Part shown: positions 52,620 to 64,000 of the stretch, piece after piece
How positions within the stretch are numbered: the stretch's first letter is position 1
Layout: each line of letters starts with the position of its first letter
Source of the DNA: Camelus ferus
Taxonomy: Eukaryota
Assembly: GCF_009834535.1 (NCBI RefSeq)
Contig: NC_045696.1
Location: forward strand, 75,890,001-75,954,000
DNA length: 64,000 bases
Direction of reading: 5' to 3'
Position numbers and translations under genes: made by a program
Notes under the pieces: generated by a model
What the model was told of the DNA's origin: nothing
Seen by the model: the letters and a program-made list of their open reading frames with translations, nothing else
Database searches by the model: none

Positions 52620-55600
52620 TGTATTCATGGCAAAATAAGGAGGAACTACTTGTGACAATTCCAGTCCTCATTTCTGCAACTGGTCATATAGTCATAGCTG
52701 GTATTTATAACTTCCTTCTTCCATTACCCGTACTATATTCCCTTTGCCTTCACCACGTATCTCAGCTGCTCATGGTTCTTTATCTGGTGGGGAGACCCAG
52801 ACATTTATCCCTAAAGGGTCTGGGCCACTGTAATCCTGCCTGGACTGAGTTGTTGTAGATTTCACTGACCTTAATTACAAGGCATAGTAATACTAAGAGA
52901 TGCCCTAAGGCATTGCCTATATTCCAGACATACTCTTCCTTACCTTCATCGTGGAGCAATAGTCCAATTCCCATTTAGTAGTCAGGATCTATCACCGGAG
53001 CCAACACGATAACTCCCTTTGCCTTTGAATTTCCTTGCCTTTCTTTCTTTCTTTCTTTGAATACCTTCCTCTACATGAAACCAAGGCATTTTGCCTGCTG
53101 ATTCAAAGGTACAGGGAGCCCTAAGTGGCCAGGTGGTAGTCTTAACTACAGTTCAAGCATATTATTATTGTGTCTCTTGGTAGAAGGATTCCTCCCTCTG
53201 AAACTAAGACCTCTAGGTTAGCAGAGCATATAGTTGATTGAATAGGATTTTGTTGGTGGGCCACTGGGGGAAATAGTGAGCGGTGCCACTCCCATTTCCA
53301 CCCCTTGATTTCTGGACCCCTAAATCCTGGCCATCAGAGAAATAGCCCCACATATCAGACACTGATTCAGAACAAACGCAGCCTTCTGAAAACCTTGCCC
53401 CAGCCCTGCAAGGTGCTGCCACCAAGCTGGTACTGTAACTTAGGCTTCAAAAGGCCATTCCACTGCTCTGTTAAGCCAGCTGCTTCAAGGTGGTAGGGAA
53501 CATAGTAAGATCAGTGAATCTCATGAGCATGAGTCTACGTTGCTGAGCTCATGCATAACTTCCATCCCTGCTGCCACATCCACTTTGTTCATGAACTCAC
53601 TGGATGATGACAGGACTGTCTGGGGAAAGGCTGACTGGTATCCTCACAACAGGTCCTCCTATCCGTTTGATCATTAAAGTTCTCCTCTGCTGATGTTACC
53701 CTTTGATGAGCACTCACTTGAAGCATAAATATTTTCATGTTTCTTGCCCATTCAGAGAGGTCTATCCACATAGCTTTCCCAAATTTCTTTATCACTAATA
53801 TTCTAATCATGTTCATTCCAAATCCCACAATCCAGCCAAATCACTGGGCACAGCCCATGAAGCAATATATCATCACATGTCAGGCCATTTCCCTTTCCAA
53901 GCAAAGTGAACAACCCAGTCAACTGCTCTAGGTTCTAGAAGGACTTCTACTGGGAGGATTTCCTTTCACCACTGTCCTTCAGGGATGTCCCAGAGAGGGG
54001 CTGTAGTAATAGAGCTGCCTGTTTTCAGGTGGGACATGCATATTGTGCAGAACCATCTATGAACCAGGCCTAAGTCTTCTCTTCCTCCATCAACTGATCT
54101 TAGAGAACTCCCCATGAGGCCACAAATGCAGGGCAGGTGAGAGAAGGCAAGTTAGCAGAAATGGGGACCACAGGCATTTGGGTCACTTTCATGTGAATAC
54201 TTTCTTGCGCCTTGAGGGCCTGCTTGGGCTCAAACATATATATACTACTTCCATTTGGTGGCAGATGTTGCCATGCATGCCCAACTTTGTGGCTTGGGTG
54301 GGGTCAAACAACACCCAGTTCATGATGGATAGGTCAGGTTTTGTACTAATCTGGCAGTTCATGGCAAAGTATTCAGCCTCTACTAAGGTCCAGTAGCAGG
54401 TAAAGGGCTGTTTCTCAAAAGAAGAGTGATTATCTACAGATAATAGCAGGGCCTCGCTCCAAAGTCCTAAAAGCCGGTGCTATAATTCACCTCTAGGTAT
54501 ATGAGGTCTCTCCCACCATGCCTTGACCTCTAAAAAGCCTTTGTATCTATCATCTAGAGGAAAACATATATGATGCTGTAGCTGATCTAATCAGTGACTG
54601 GAAGTAGCATATACAGAAAGTCCCTAACTTTTAGTTACATAAGTTGCACACACTTTTAAATCTTGTACTGACCTAAGCAATCCCGTTTAGATAAGAAACA
54701 AGATACTTTAAGGAAATGCAAGAAAAATTCTAAAGCACAAGAAATATTGAGGTTGTAGTTAATTATTTTTAGTAGAACATTTTAGCTTTTGTTCATCTAA
54801 AGCATAATTAGTAATTAGGCTAATTCTTTCCAGTATTCCATTTAGGTATCTCTTACTTAAATACTGCTTTAGTTTTGTTTTGTTGTTTTTTTTTTAGTAC
54901 TCTGTGATGTGTATCTTATTTGCTACTAGTTGGCACTGTTACCCATAGGAATTCCAGAAAATTATCAATCTGTGCTTCTTGCTGCTCATTCATATGACTC
55001 CAGTTAACCATACTAGTGTTCTGGTTTAGTATTAATTCTGGATTAGCATGCCCTTGTTCTTCTTAACTTGTCAAAATTCACATAAATATATTTCCAGATG
55101 TGAGATAAGTGTATAGATATTATAGTAATGTATCTCTAGCTTCATACCTTGAATGGCAAACTGCATCCCTGTCTGTCATTGATAATTCAAGTGCCACTGG
55201 ATCTTCTGGACCATATGACACGGGTGGTAGAGCAGCTTACATAGCAGCCGGGACCTGCTGGACAGTTTTCTCTTGTTCTGGACCCTACTCTGAACTACCG
55301 GGCTTTTGGGTTACTTGGTAAATAGGCTGGAGTAGCACATCTAAATAAGGAAAATGTTGTGTCCAAAATCTGAAGAGGCCTAAAAGGTACTGTGCCTCTT
55401 TGTGAGCTGTAGGAGAGGTCAGATGCAACAATTTATCCTTTAACTTAGAAAGGATATCTTTACTTGACCCACCCCAATGGATCTCTAGAAATTTCACTGA
55501 GGTATGAGGCCCATGACTTTCAGTCAGATTTATTTCCCGCCCTCTGACATACAAATACCTTACCAGAGAGGAGAAGTTCTACAGACTTCCACTTGGCCTT

Positions 55601-55634
55601 TCCCACCATACTAGCTCTTATTCCATAGATTCTG

Positions 55635-55900
55635 CTAGCTACTCAGTTTGTCTATTTTAATTATGCAACCTGGAACTGGGGAAATAATCACAGGATGGGT
55701 TCTGGGACCCAGTGGACCCACTGCAAGGTGGACTTGAGCTAAAATTCCATGGATCAGCTGATCTTCATAAACTCCTACACTGACTGGTAGGGCACAGTGA
55801 TGTTTTGATTCTCCTGGTGCTAGTGTCAGTTTGGAGCCTATGTCCAATAGTCCCTAAAAGGTCTGATTATTTGCTCTTCCCCAGTATAGAGTTACCCTGG
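55635..55900 (-). pseudogene. ERVL aspartic protease remnant
   Basis: DIGSKLTLAPGESKHHCALPVSVGVY...VHLAVGPLGPRTHPVIISPVPGCIIKIDKLSS. The active-site DTG has decayed to DIG. Confidence 0.85.
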
Positions 55901-57399
55901 TAAGAGGTCATGGGTCCCCTTTGCGAAGGCTGGGAGAAAGATTAGCAGCACACATTTTTGGTAGTGTGTCAGGAGTTTCACCTCAGGGAACCCATCTTCC
56001 CCTTCACTCAAGAGGCTCTGCATCTGTAAACTAGCTCAAGTCTGGGGATTGACTGAGGATCCATGACTCTGACTTTATATTTCAGGTTAAACTTGACCTA
56101 GAACTTTTCTGATTCTAAAGGTCAAGAATTTAGTAGACTTCCTGTCTATTTAATTTCTAGGAACACCATGATCCATTAGCCACTACTATAGGACTGCATT
56201 TAGGTTTCCCAGTTCAGTGACCCCAGTTCCTCCTGTGAGGTATGGCCTTACAAAGAAGTGTGATCACACAGCTTTTCAAGGATTCTGGGGCTCCCTTTAC
56301 AAATTTACTTCTCACAGTATTGGTGAAAGCTATGTCTTTTGGATCCTCCCAGTGTGGACAAATAGGTCTTAAATGACAAATCTACTCCAACATTTCAACA
56401 TCCTTAAGCCTTTGAATCCCTTCCTCTCAGTTCATTAAACCAAGGCATGTTCAGCATTTCTAATTCACTCACAGTGGGTCATCTTTTGGTCTACATTTCA
56501 ATCAGCCAATCAAAACTGTTAGAGCCCTTCTAATTCCCCAAGCTACAATATTAAATGCAGAATCTTTACCTAGTGAGCCCATGTCAATAAATTCAGCCTG
56601 ATCCAACTTCATGTTCCTTCTACCATTATCCCATACTCTAAGTACCCACTCCTACAAATGTTTCCTAGATTTATGTCTGTATAAATTGGAAAACTCAAGT
56701 AGTTCTTTTGGAAGGTAATGCACCTTCTTATTGGTCACACATTGTACCTCACATTTAGGGACCTACTGGGACTTGAGTCTAGTTATAAGTCTACAAGGGA
56801 TGGTGGGAGTGGGTCCTGAGGAGAACCTGGTGAAGACTCACCAGAATTTAGTTTCCCAATACCCCTACCTTCATTAGAGTCTTCACACGTCTCCAATCCA
56901 ACTTATGATCTCATTCTTTCCCAATAAATGCCCTCACTTCAATAGTAGATACTCTGTGAGCCTGAGAGTTCAACTTGCCCTGTAATTCAGCAAGTTGTAA
57001 GATGAGGTTCTGCATTTGATTTTCAGTAATTTCAGCTCTGCAGCTATAGCAGATAAGGGTCTTTCAGGGCAAAAGTAGAAGCTCTTAGGTTATTTATGTA
57101 GTCCTTGAGCTGGGAATTTTAATCTCTGAGCTCATTCTTTTCTTTTGTCACTTTGTCAGCAACATTAGGAGCAATCAGCCAATGTCATTATATTCATTAA
57201 TTTTCCAAAAATGTTCAAAAGTATCATATAAATTGACACCAACTCCTTGCTTCTTATAAGTGCTTGATTAGGAATACCCAATGCAGATATTTTGCGTATC
57301 TCTATACACAGTTCATACTGTGGACTATCAGTGCTCTATTTACTGCTGAGAATAAAGTCATTAGCATCTTTAAATCTAATTAAAAAGTAAAGAAATAAT

Positions 57400-57422
57400 T
57401 CCTCACTCTCTGTGCCAAAATT
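57400..57422 (-). promoter_or_regulatory. Degenerate tRNA-Leu-type primer binding site of the ERVL
   Basis: Minus strand reads aattttggcacagagagtgagg directly after the 5' LTR, resembling the ERVL TTTTGGTACCAGGAGTGG. Confidence 0.6.
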
Positions 57423-57927
57423 TGTATTAGTCACGGTTCTCCAGAGCAACAGAAACTGTAGGAGATATATACAAAATAACTGATTACTTGATTATGCAAA
57501 ATTGGCTCATACAATTGTAGAGGCTGAGAAGTCCTATAATCTGTTATTTGCAAGCTGGTGATCCATGAAAACTATGGTGTCATTCAGTCTAAGTCCAAAT
57601 GCCTGACAATCAGAGGAGCCTAAGTGTAAATCCTAATCTAAGGGCCAGAGGAGATGAGGTAAGATGAGATACCCCAGTTTAAGCAGTGAGGCAGGTAAAA
57701 GGATTTAAAAATAGATGAATTTTTCTTTCCTCCATCTTTTGCTTTATTTAGGACCTCATAGCATTGCATGATGGCCACCCACATGGAGGAGGGTAACCCA
57801 TTTTAGCGAGCCCATGGATTTCAATGCTAATCTCATCTAGATACACCCTCACAGATACACCCAGAAATACTGTTTGATCTGAGCACCCAGTGGCCAGTCA
57901 AGCTGACACATAAAATTAGCCATGACA
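57423..57927 (-). mobile_element. MLT2 5' LTR (about 505 bp)
   Basis: tgtattagtcacggttctccagagcaacagaa...aattggctcatacaattgtagaggctgagaagtcc...gccagtcaagctgacacataaaattagccatgaca. Confidence 0.9.
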
Positions 57928-60452
57928 ATTAATACATCATTCTTAGCTTTAAATTTTCAACTGTATATAGAAACTCGCCTCCAATCCAGTACATTAATAT
58001 CCTTCTGAAATCCATTCAAAGATAAAGAATATTGACCAGTTGTGAAGAGTTACCTCATTAATCATTAATTTATAATAGCCTACTACAAATTCTTATTTGG
58101 GTCCAAAACAAGAATATTGAAATTTCTGTAAAAATCCATCAATTTGAGTAAAATTTCTCATCCTAAGAAACTTTCAATTATTTAGTAAAGGGAGAGGGAA
58201 ATAATGATCCTAAGTCTCTGCTATGTCCCAGACTCTTAAAGTGGATTTGCTTGTTGAATTTTTACCAGAAAACTTAGCTGGTAAGGAAATGGATATTTAG
58301 AGTTTCATAATTTGCCAGTGTCACACAGTTTGTGGTAGAGTTGAAATTCAAACCTACCTCTAATCCCAAGCCTGTGTTCTTTAGATAATGTAAACCCAAT
58401 GAAACAACAGTATTTGGGAAATGTTAATGTCCATATACATGTAAGCATCTCATGCACTGGAGTACAAATAATGCATTCTTCTTTTTCTTTTCACTTGACT
58501 TAATGACATAAACACTTTCCATGTATATGTATAGGCTCTAAAATGCCAAATGTTAACATCTTTCAAATGTGTTTCTTGCTAGTACACTGTAATTTCTTTA
58601 AGCATTTCCCTAATATTAAGTATCTAAATTGTTTCCAAGTTTTTTTATTATTATTATTGATAGGCTCAAGGTATTCATTAACTTAGATTTTTGTTTCTAT
58701 TGGGCTATTTCCTTAAGACACAATTTGAGTTGTTAAATTCATGACAGTAAAGGATAGAAATAACTATATAGCTCCTACTGTACACTGCTTTTTTCTCAAA
58801 CAGATGCACTAATTTAAAATGAAATATTGCTACTTTTAAGAGGAGCCATTGTCAACACTCCCACTCTAGCATAGGAAGAAGGACATCAAGCTTCAGGGAT
58901 TTATCACTCAAAGTGTTGTTGTGAATTGCCCTTGAAAAAGATAGTGACAGACCTCCTCTCCTCCCCTGAATTATCCTGCATCCCAGAGGACTGAAATGGG
59001 CGTTAATTTTTAATATTATCTCTTCTCAGTGAAGAGTATAATGTATTTTCCTTATATATTCTTGTAGGATTGAAATCTTAGAAATTCTGGGAAGATTTCA
59101 GGGCCTCTTTAGTGAGCCCAGAAAATGTTAACCAGCTGCCAAGTTCCTGGAGGAGAGTATGTACCAGAAGTAAGAGTAATTATTAAATTACCTACAACAT
59201 CAATTCTTATCATAATAACTACTGATGTCAGTACAGTGCTTTCCTGTTTAGATAATATTTTCCCATTTGTTTGATCTTGTGTTGGGTAGAGTAGCTTACA
59301 CTGAACTGAGGTTTGTGTGATATAGAGAACTATGTGCCGGGAATAAAGGTCATCAGCCCTTAATGAAGTTAGCACTCTTGTTAGAATAAAAAGACATCAT
59401 CACATTAAAAGTTAGCTACATGCCAAAGAGAGTGATATTAAATATCTTACAAGCAAAATACATGTCAGAATATGAATGAAGGAAAGTTTATTCTTAACTC
59501 AAGTGATCAAGCTAGTTATTATTACTGAGTTAGGGGAACTCCTTCTCAGAAAAGTCATAGGTGATTAGTGTTCCAGGAAAGTGAGCCTTAGGTACACTCT
59601 AGCCCTTCTCCTGCCTTCCCACCATCACCTCGTTGTACCCCACCCAAGCCTTTAAGAGCAACTCAAGGGGTTTCCTTTAAGAAGGTCAGCCAAGTTCTGG
59701 AATCTCATGCTTCTTTGAAGGAGACCCTTTTAGCAATTTCACAGCAGAGATCCTCTACTACTTACTTGTAGCAAAAGATTTCGCCTCCATCAAAACCATC
59801 TACATCTAAAAACTTTGCTAAAGTCTGAGTGTGGAAAATATCAAACCACAGGAATGGGCAGTGAAAGGAGCAGTTGACCCAGCGAGACAACTAAGTGCAT
59901 TCGTTCATTCAACAAATACTTACTGAACACCTGCAAGATATCTGGCCCTGGGTGCTTATACACATTATTGAAATATGAAGGGGAAAAGTAGTACTTAATT
60001 CTGAATACGCAACAGAAGAGATTCTTGTAATTTACCCACAGTGAGAACAAAGAAAATAATTTATTTGAAGCCCCTTATTATGAATATCAAGTAACTAAGA
60101 CCACCAAAAATGACTTACCACAGGTCAATATGTGGTTAGGGTCAAAACCCTACCTTAGAACTGAAATCATCTTATTCTTTGCTAATCCATCTTACACAAA
60201 GATTCCATGAAGACATTTTCGTCACCTTTGCCTTGTTGAAATTTTCCATCCTCCTCCCTGAAAGAAATTGTGAAAAATGTCTCTCAATGCAAAAGTAGTT
60301 TTTGTTATCTTTCTTCTTATTATTCTATTCCATGATTATAAGCTTCTCCCTAATATTTATTTTTCAATGAAATAAACTTGACTGACTAGGTAAATGTCTA
60401 TAATGCTTCACAAACTACTACAATGGCTCAAATAATGGTAAGACTATTAAAG

Positions 60453-60662
60453 CTGTGTTATTCAATAAGATAGCCACTGGCCACATCTGGCTAATTGATT
60501 TAAATTTTGAATTTAAATTACATTAAGATAATTATTCAGTTCCTCAGTTGCATTAACTTCATTTCACATGTTGAACAGCCAGATGTAGCCAGTGGCCACC
60601 ATATTGAGCAGTGCAGATATACAACATTTCCATCATTGGAAAAGTTCTATTGCAAAGTACTA
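60453..60662 (+). mobile_element. MER3-like hAT-Charlie element with perfect 8-bp TSD
   Basis: 210 bp. TSD tattaaag at 60445-60452 and 60663-60670. Internal inverted repeat gccactggccacatctggct / agccagatgtagccagtggc. Confidence 0.85.
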
Positions 60663-61089
60663 TATTAAAGCAATGAACTCACTTTCTACCCTATACTGCA
60701 AAGAATTAATTAACTTGCAAAATGCATATTTTCCAACACATTCCACCTTGAGTAATAAGATATTTGCATAAGGCTATGCAGGAAGAGAGATTTTACTGAG
60801 AAGCAGTACAAGAGAAATACAATCATCTCATGTTCTCCTGCTTCCCTACTTGCAAAACTGAATGCTTAAATGGCATTCTTTGAATACCATAGATACTCAA
60901 AATCTCTCTTTTCATATAACTATAGTGTTTGCAACTTTCCCATAAGTCTTGTGAAATGGCTTATGTAGAAATAGCATTAATGTTCACTACTATAGTGCTC
61001 ATTTGCTTGCACACATATTAAATATAAACCAAATAAACAATATGTACTAAAGAAAAGATATATGATTATCTAGGAAGAAAAGTTATTTC

Positions 61090-61620
61090 CAAATGGTGTT
61101 CAAATGAAGAACCATAAGAGAAAACACAGTATCTTTGACTACAAGTATTAAATTGGGCAATCCTTTGGCCAAGATTAGAGAATTTTGGATAAAATCGTGG
61201 GAGCATAAAAATATTTTTATATAATAACATTTACAGTAGTAAAAATTTAGAAAATCTAAATGGCCATCAATACAATATGAACAAAACAAAATAATCACTC
61301 CCATACAAAATAATATTATAGACATTAAAGAAGATGACCAGAAAAACTGAAACTGTAGGCTGTGGTCTTCTCCCAAGAAGGAACAATGTGATTTCACATA
61401 AAGGAAATAAAAAGTATGTGTGTGTATATACCAGAAGAAGGGAAAGATTAACCCTAAGGTACTGATGCTGATTATTCTGGTCAGTAGCATTTACATTTTT
61501 GATATTTGCTGTTCTCTCTCTATTTCTCTCTCTCTGTCTCAATCTCTCTCCTCATCTGTCTTTGCTGATTTTTTTTTTTTTGATATTGAATATTTTCTAC
61601 TGTCATAATGGAAAATACAC
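61090..61620 (+). mobile_element. Ancient L1ME-like 3' fragment
   Basis: aaaatatttttatataataacatttacagtagtaaaaatttagaaaatctaaatggccatcaata. Confidence 0.55.
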
Positions 61621-64000
61621 AATATCCTTTTTAAATAAAAAACATTTCCCTACCTGGATATCATTTTAGTATGGAGTTCAAATAACAAATACATGAATGT
61701 ATGAACAAACAAACAAACACAGAAATAAACATAGCTAACTTCCCAGCACACTTAAAATACAGTTTTGGGACACCTCTAGTAAATGAAATAGAGTTGATTT
61801 TTGAGTTTATTATAACAAGCAAATCTATAAGGAATCAAGCTTTTACTTAGTTACTGGCCTTGATCAATAGTACAAAAGGGCAAATGGAAAGAGCAGGGGG
61901 AGTTTAGAAATAAAAAATGGAACTGAGGCTATGTAGATTTATATTGTAGCATTGCGTGCTGATAGTTATAGGACTATTCCCAAAGGTGGAGTTTTAATTA
62001 AATTTTTTAAAATCTTGAAAGATGAAACTTAAACAACTCAATAATGCTTAACAAATTTGTCTATATGTCTATTAGTCTGGTTACCAGCTTTTTGCATCTT
62101 TTTTTTTTAATATTTACTGTGCAAATTGCAGGCAATAGGAACACCTTTTAAAAGAAACTGAAAAATTGTAAATTAGAAAATTCTCCTTTTACGTTGAACC
62201 TTAATGAGATTAAGTTCATATGGTTATTACAACCTGGGGAGGGAAGGAAGAATAGATGAAGTGGGTGGTGATGGGAGGAAAAGTTCTAAACCATTTCAGT
62301 GCTGTAAAGATCAATTTCATTTTAATATAATTTTTAATGGTTGTTCAAACTCCTATAATGCACCCACACAAAAGGCTTCAGTTAATGTGTGTGTATTTTG
62401 AGCAGTTCCCCTCTCCGACCCTCCAGTTTAATTTCCGTCCTTCAAATGAGATGAATGGAGCGTGAAGCAGGTCATATCTCAATGCTGACACATGGGTTGC
62501 AGATAGAACTCACAGCCTGGAGAAGCAGCCAGTTTGGAGATTAAATCAAAGCAGCTCTGAATAGATGGGAGGTCAGCCAGGGCCAGCTTTGACATTTGAT
62601 AGGACCTTGTGATCAATCAGACCTTTCTTTCACTCTTCCAGGCTTCCTTATGACAGTGGCCCTAAAAAACAGATGGGATATGTTACAAAGTGCAGGAGAA
62701 GCACTAGATTGTGAAAGGAGATAGGTGTCAATATTATCAAAGGGACAACTGTTATTTGAAGCAGCCAGAAAATCAGAAAATTGCTTTGCTGCAATTGCTA
62801 TGTTAAAGTTTGCCTTTCATGATGTGAAATTTGAGCCTTGAGAATGGTGAGATAATTTTTTAACTGTTTTTTTAAATTTCTTACCTCCTATGCATTAAAC
62901 TGTAAATTTTAAACTTCTGTAACCTCCTAAGATTAAATTTTAGTCAATCTTCACTCTGTGAATAAGCTGTGTTTCCAGCAAAGCCAAGCTTAGTTTTTGC
63001 TTTATTTGCTTATTTCTTTGACTTTGGAAGAACACACACACATACACACAAATAAAAGCAACACATGATAACCTTTGGAAGAAAGGCATCAAAAGGTATT
63101 AATGTGTAGCATTCATTGGGCAAGGACCCGAGCATGGTATCAGGAAATCCCAGTCACAGCGCCAAGAGGGTCATGAAAAATGAATGGCCCCAGAGCAGCA
63201 CTGTGACAGACTGTTATAGTGAGTGGTAATGGGCCATCTCTAGGATGAAAGGCCATATATTTATAACTGTGCAGGCTACCAGGTATCACACCATTCATTA
63301 TGCCTGCCTGATTTTAGGGAGATGCCTTTTACAGGGGGTGACATGGGAGCAAATTATTTCCAGAAGTATCACAGCTCTCTTCTCCCCTCTACCTACCTCT
63401 CCATTGTGCTCACCCTCATCCTGGCCTCATAAACATGCTCTCATATTCACACAGGTACACACTCTCTGAATTTCTCCTGTCACAGAGCATTTCATACTCA
63501 GAGCTAAACTCTCTAGAATGCCTCACCCCAGTGTATTTTGGAATAGGAAAGCTGGAATGTGGGAACCTGGCCTAAGGAGGGCTTAGATAAGGGGGAAGAG
63601 CACAGATTCACCCCATTATCTCTCCTCTATGAAATGTCTTGTTGGGAGCCTGTAAGCCATGGACATTTGGCCTTAGAGACAACTATTGAGCTAATTTGCA
63701 AAGTGAATTTCCAAAGTCAGATTTTCACTTGAACATAGGTTCTTCTTCACAGAGAAGGTAGCTTTTGAGTCCCATCTTGTTTCTTGGTTACGGTGGTTTG
63801 TCATTAGCTAAATGTGCAAAATTACTCAATCTCTCTGCACGTTCTGATGAGAAACTAAGTAACTGCACAACATTTCCTCTAAGTTACTTTCCAATGTTAA
63901 AACTTTATGACTGCAATTCCAACAAGATAGAAATATAATACAACTAAAAATTTGAATCAGCAGATTAGATATTTTGATAAAAATAATTAATTTCAGAGAA

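Larger units (their letters stand above)
52136..57927 (-). mobile_element. Decayed ERVL provirus with MLT2 LTRs (gag-pro-pol-dUTPase, no env)
   Basis: 5' LTR 57423-57927, internally deleted 3' LTR 52136-52273, PBS-like and PPT-like sites in the expected places. ORF track shows protease (55635-55847), RT thumb (55285-55554), RNase H (53589-53828) and dUTPase (52780-52974) remnants of HERVL/MuERV-L type. Confidence 0.95.

Noticed and set aside
59111..59173. Possible 57-nt exon (ag...gtaaga)
   Set aside because: Weak polypyrimidine tract and unrecognised peptide. Expected by chance.
60472..60598. 20-bp inverted repeat suggesting a hairpin RNA
   Set aside because: Intrinsic to the MER3-like DNA transposon.
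1..64000. CRISPR arrays, operons, tRNA/rRNA genes, domesticated intact retroviral genes
   Set aside because: This is mammalian repeat-rich DNA. I saw no spaced repeats or such RNA genes, and all retroviral frames carry multiple stops and frameshifts.

Overview
AT-rich, CpG-poor, repeat-dense eutherian genomic DNA, either a gene desert or the interior of a large intron. I found no protein-coding exon, CpG island or functional RNA gene that I can support. The supplied ORFs are chance ORFs, microsatellite artefacts or decayed retroviral frames. The young L1 3' ends are cetartiodactyl-type, and I saw no Alu, SINEC, ERE, PRE1, BovB or Bov-tA/CHR SINEs, so a camelid genome is my best inference. The window holds ancient L1M, L2, MIR, hAT/Tigger fossils and several solo LTRs. 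It also holds two decayed class III (ERVL-like) retroviral bodies: an MLT2-flanked ERVL provirus on the minus strand (52136-57927) and a more divergent, LTR-less gag-pro-pol remnant on the plus strand (about 41100-44205) split by an MLT1 insertion. Smaller items are a degenerate U6 retrocopy, two tiny young L1 insertions with perfect TSDs (one 5'-inverted), and a 660-bp unrelated segment inside the ERVL pol. I did not find a previously undescribed biological system. Family names come from recalled consensus resemblance, not from a search, and most boundaries are approximate.
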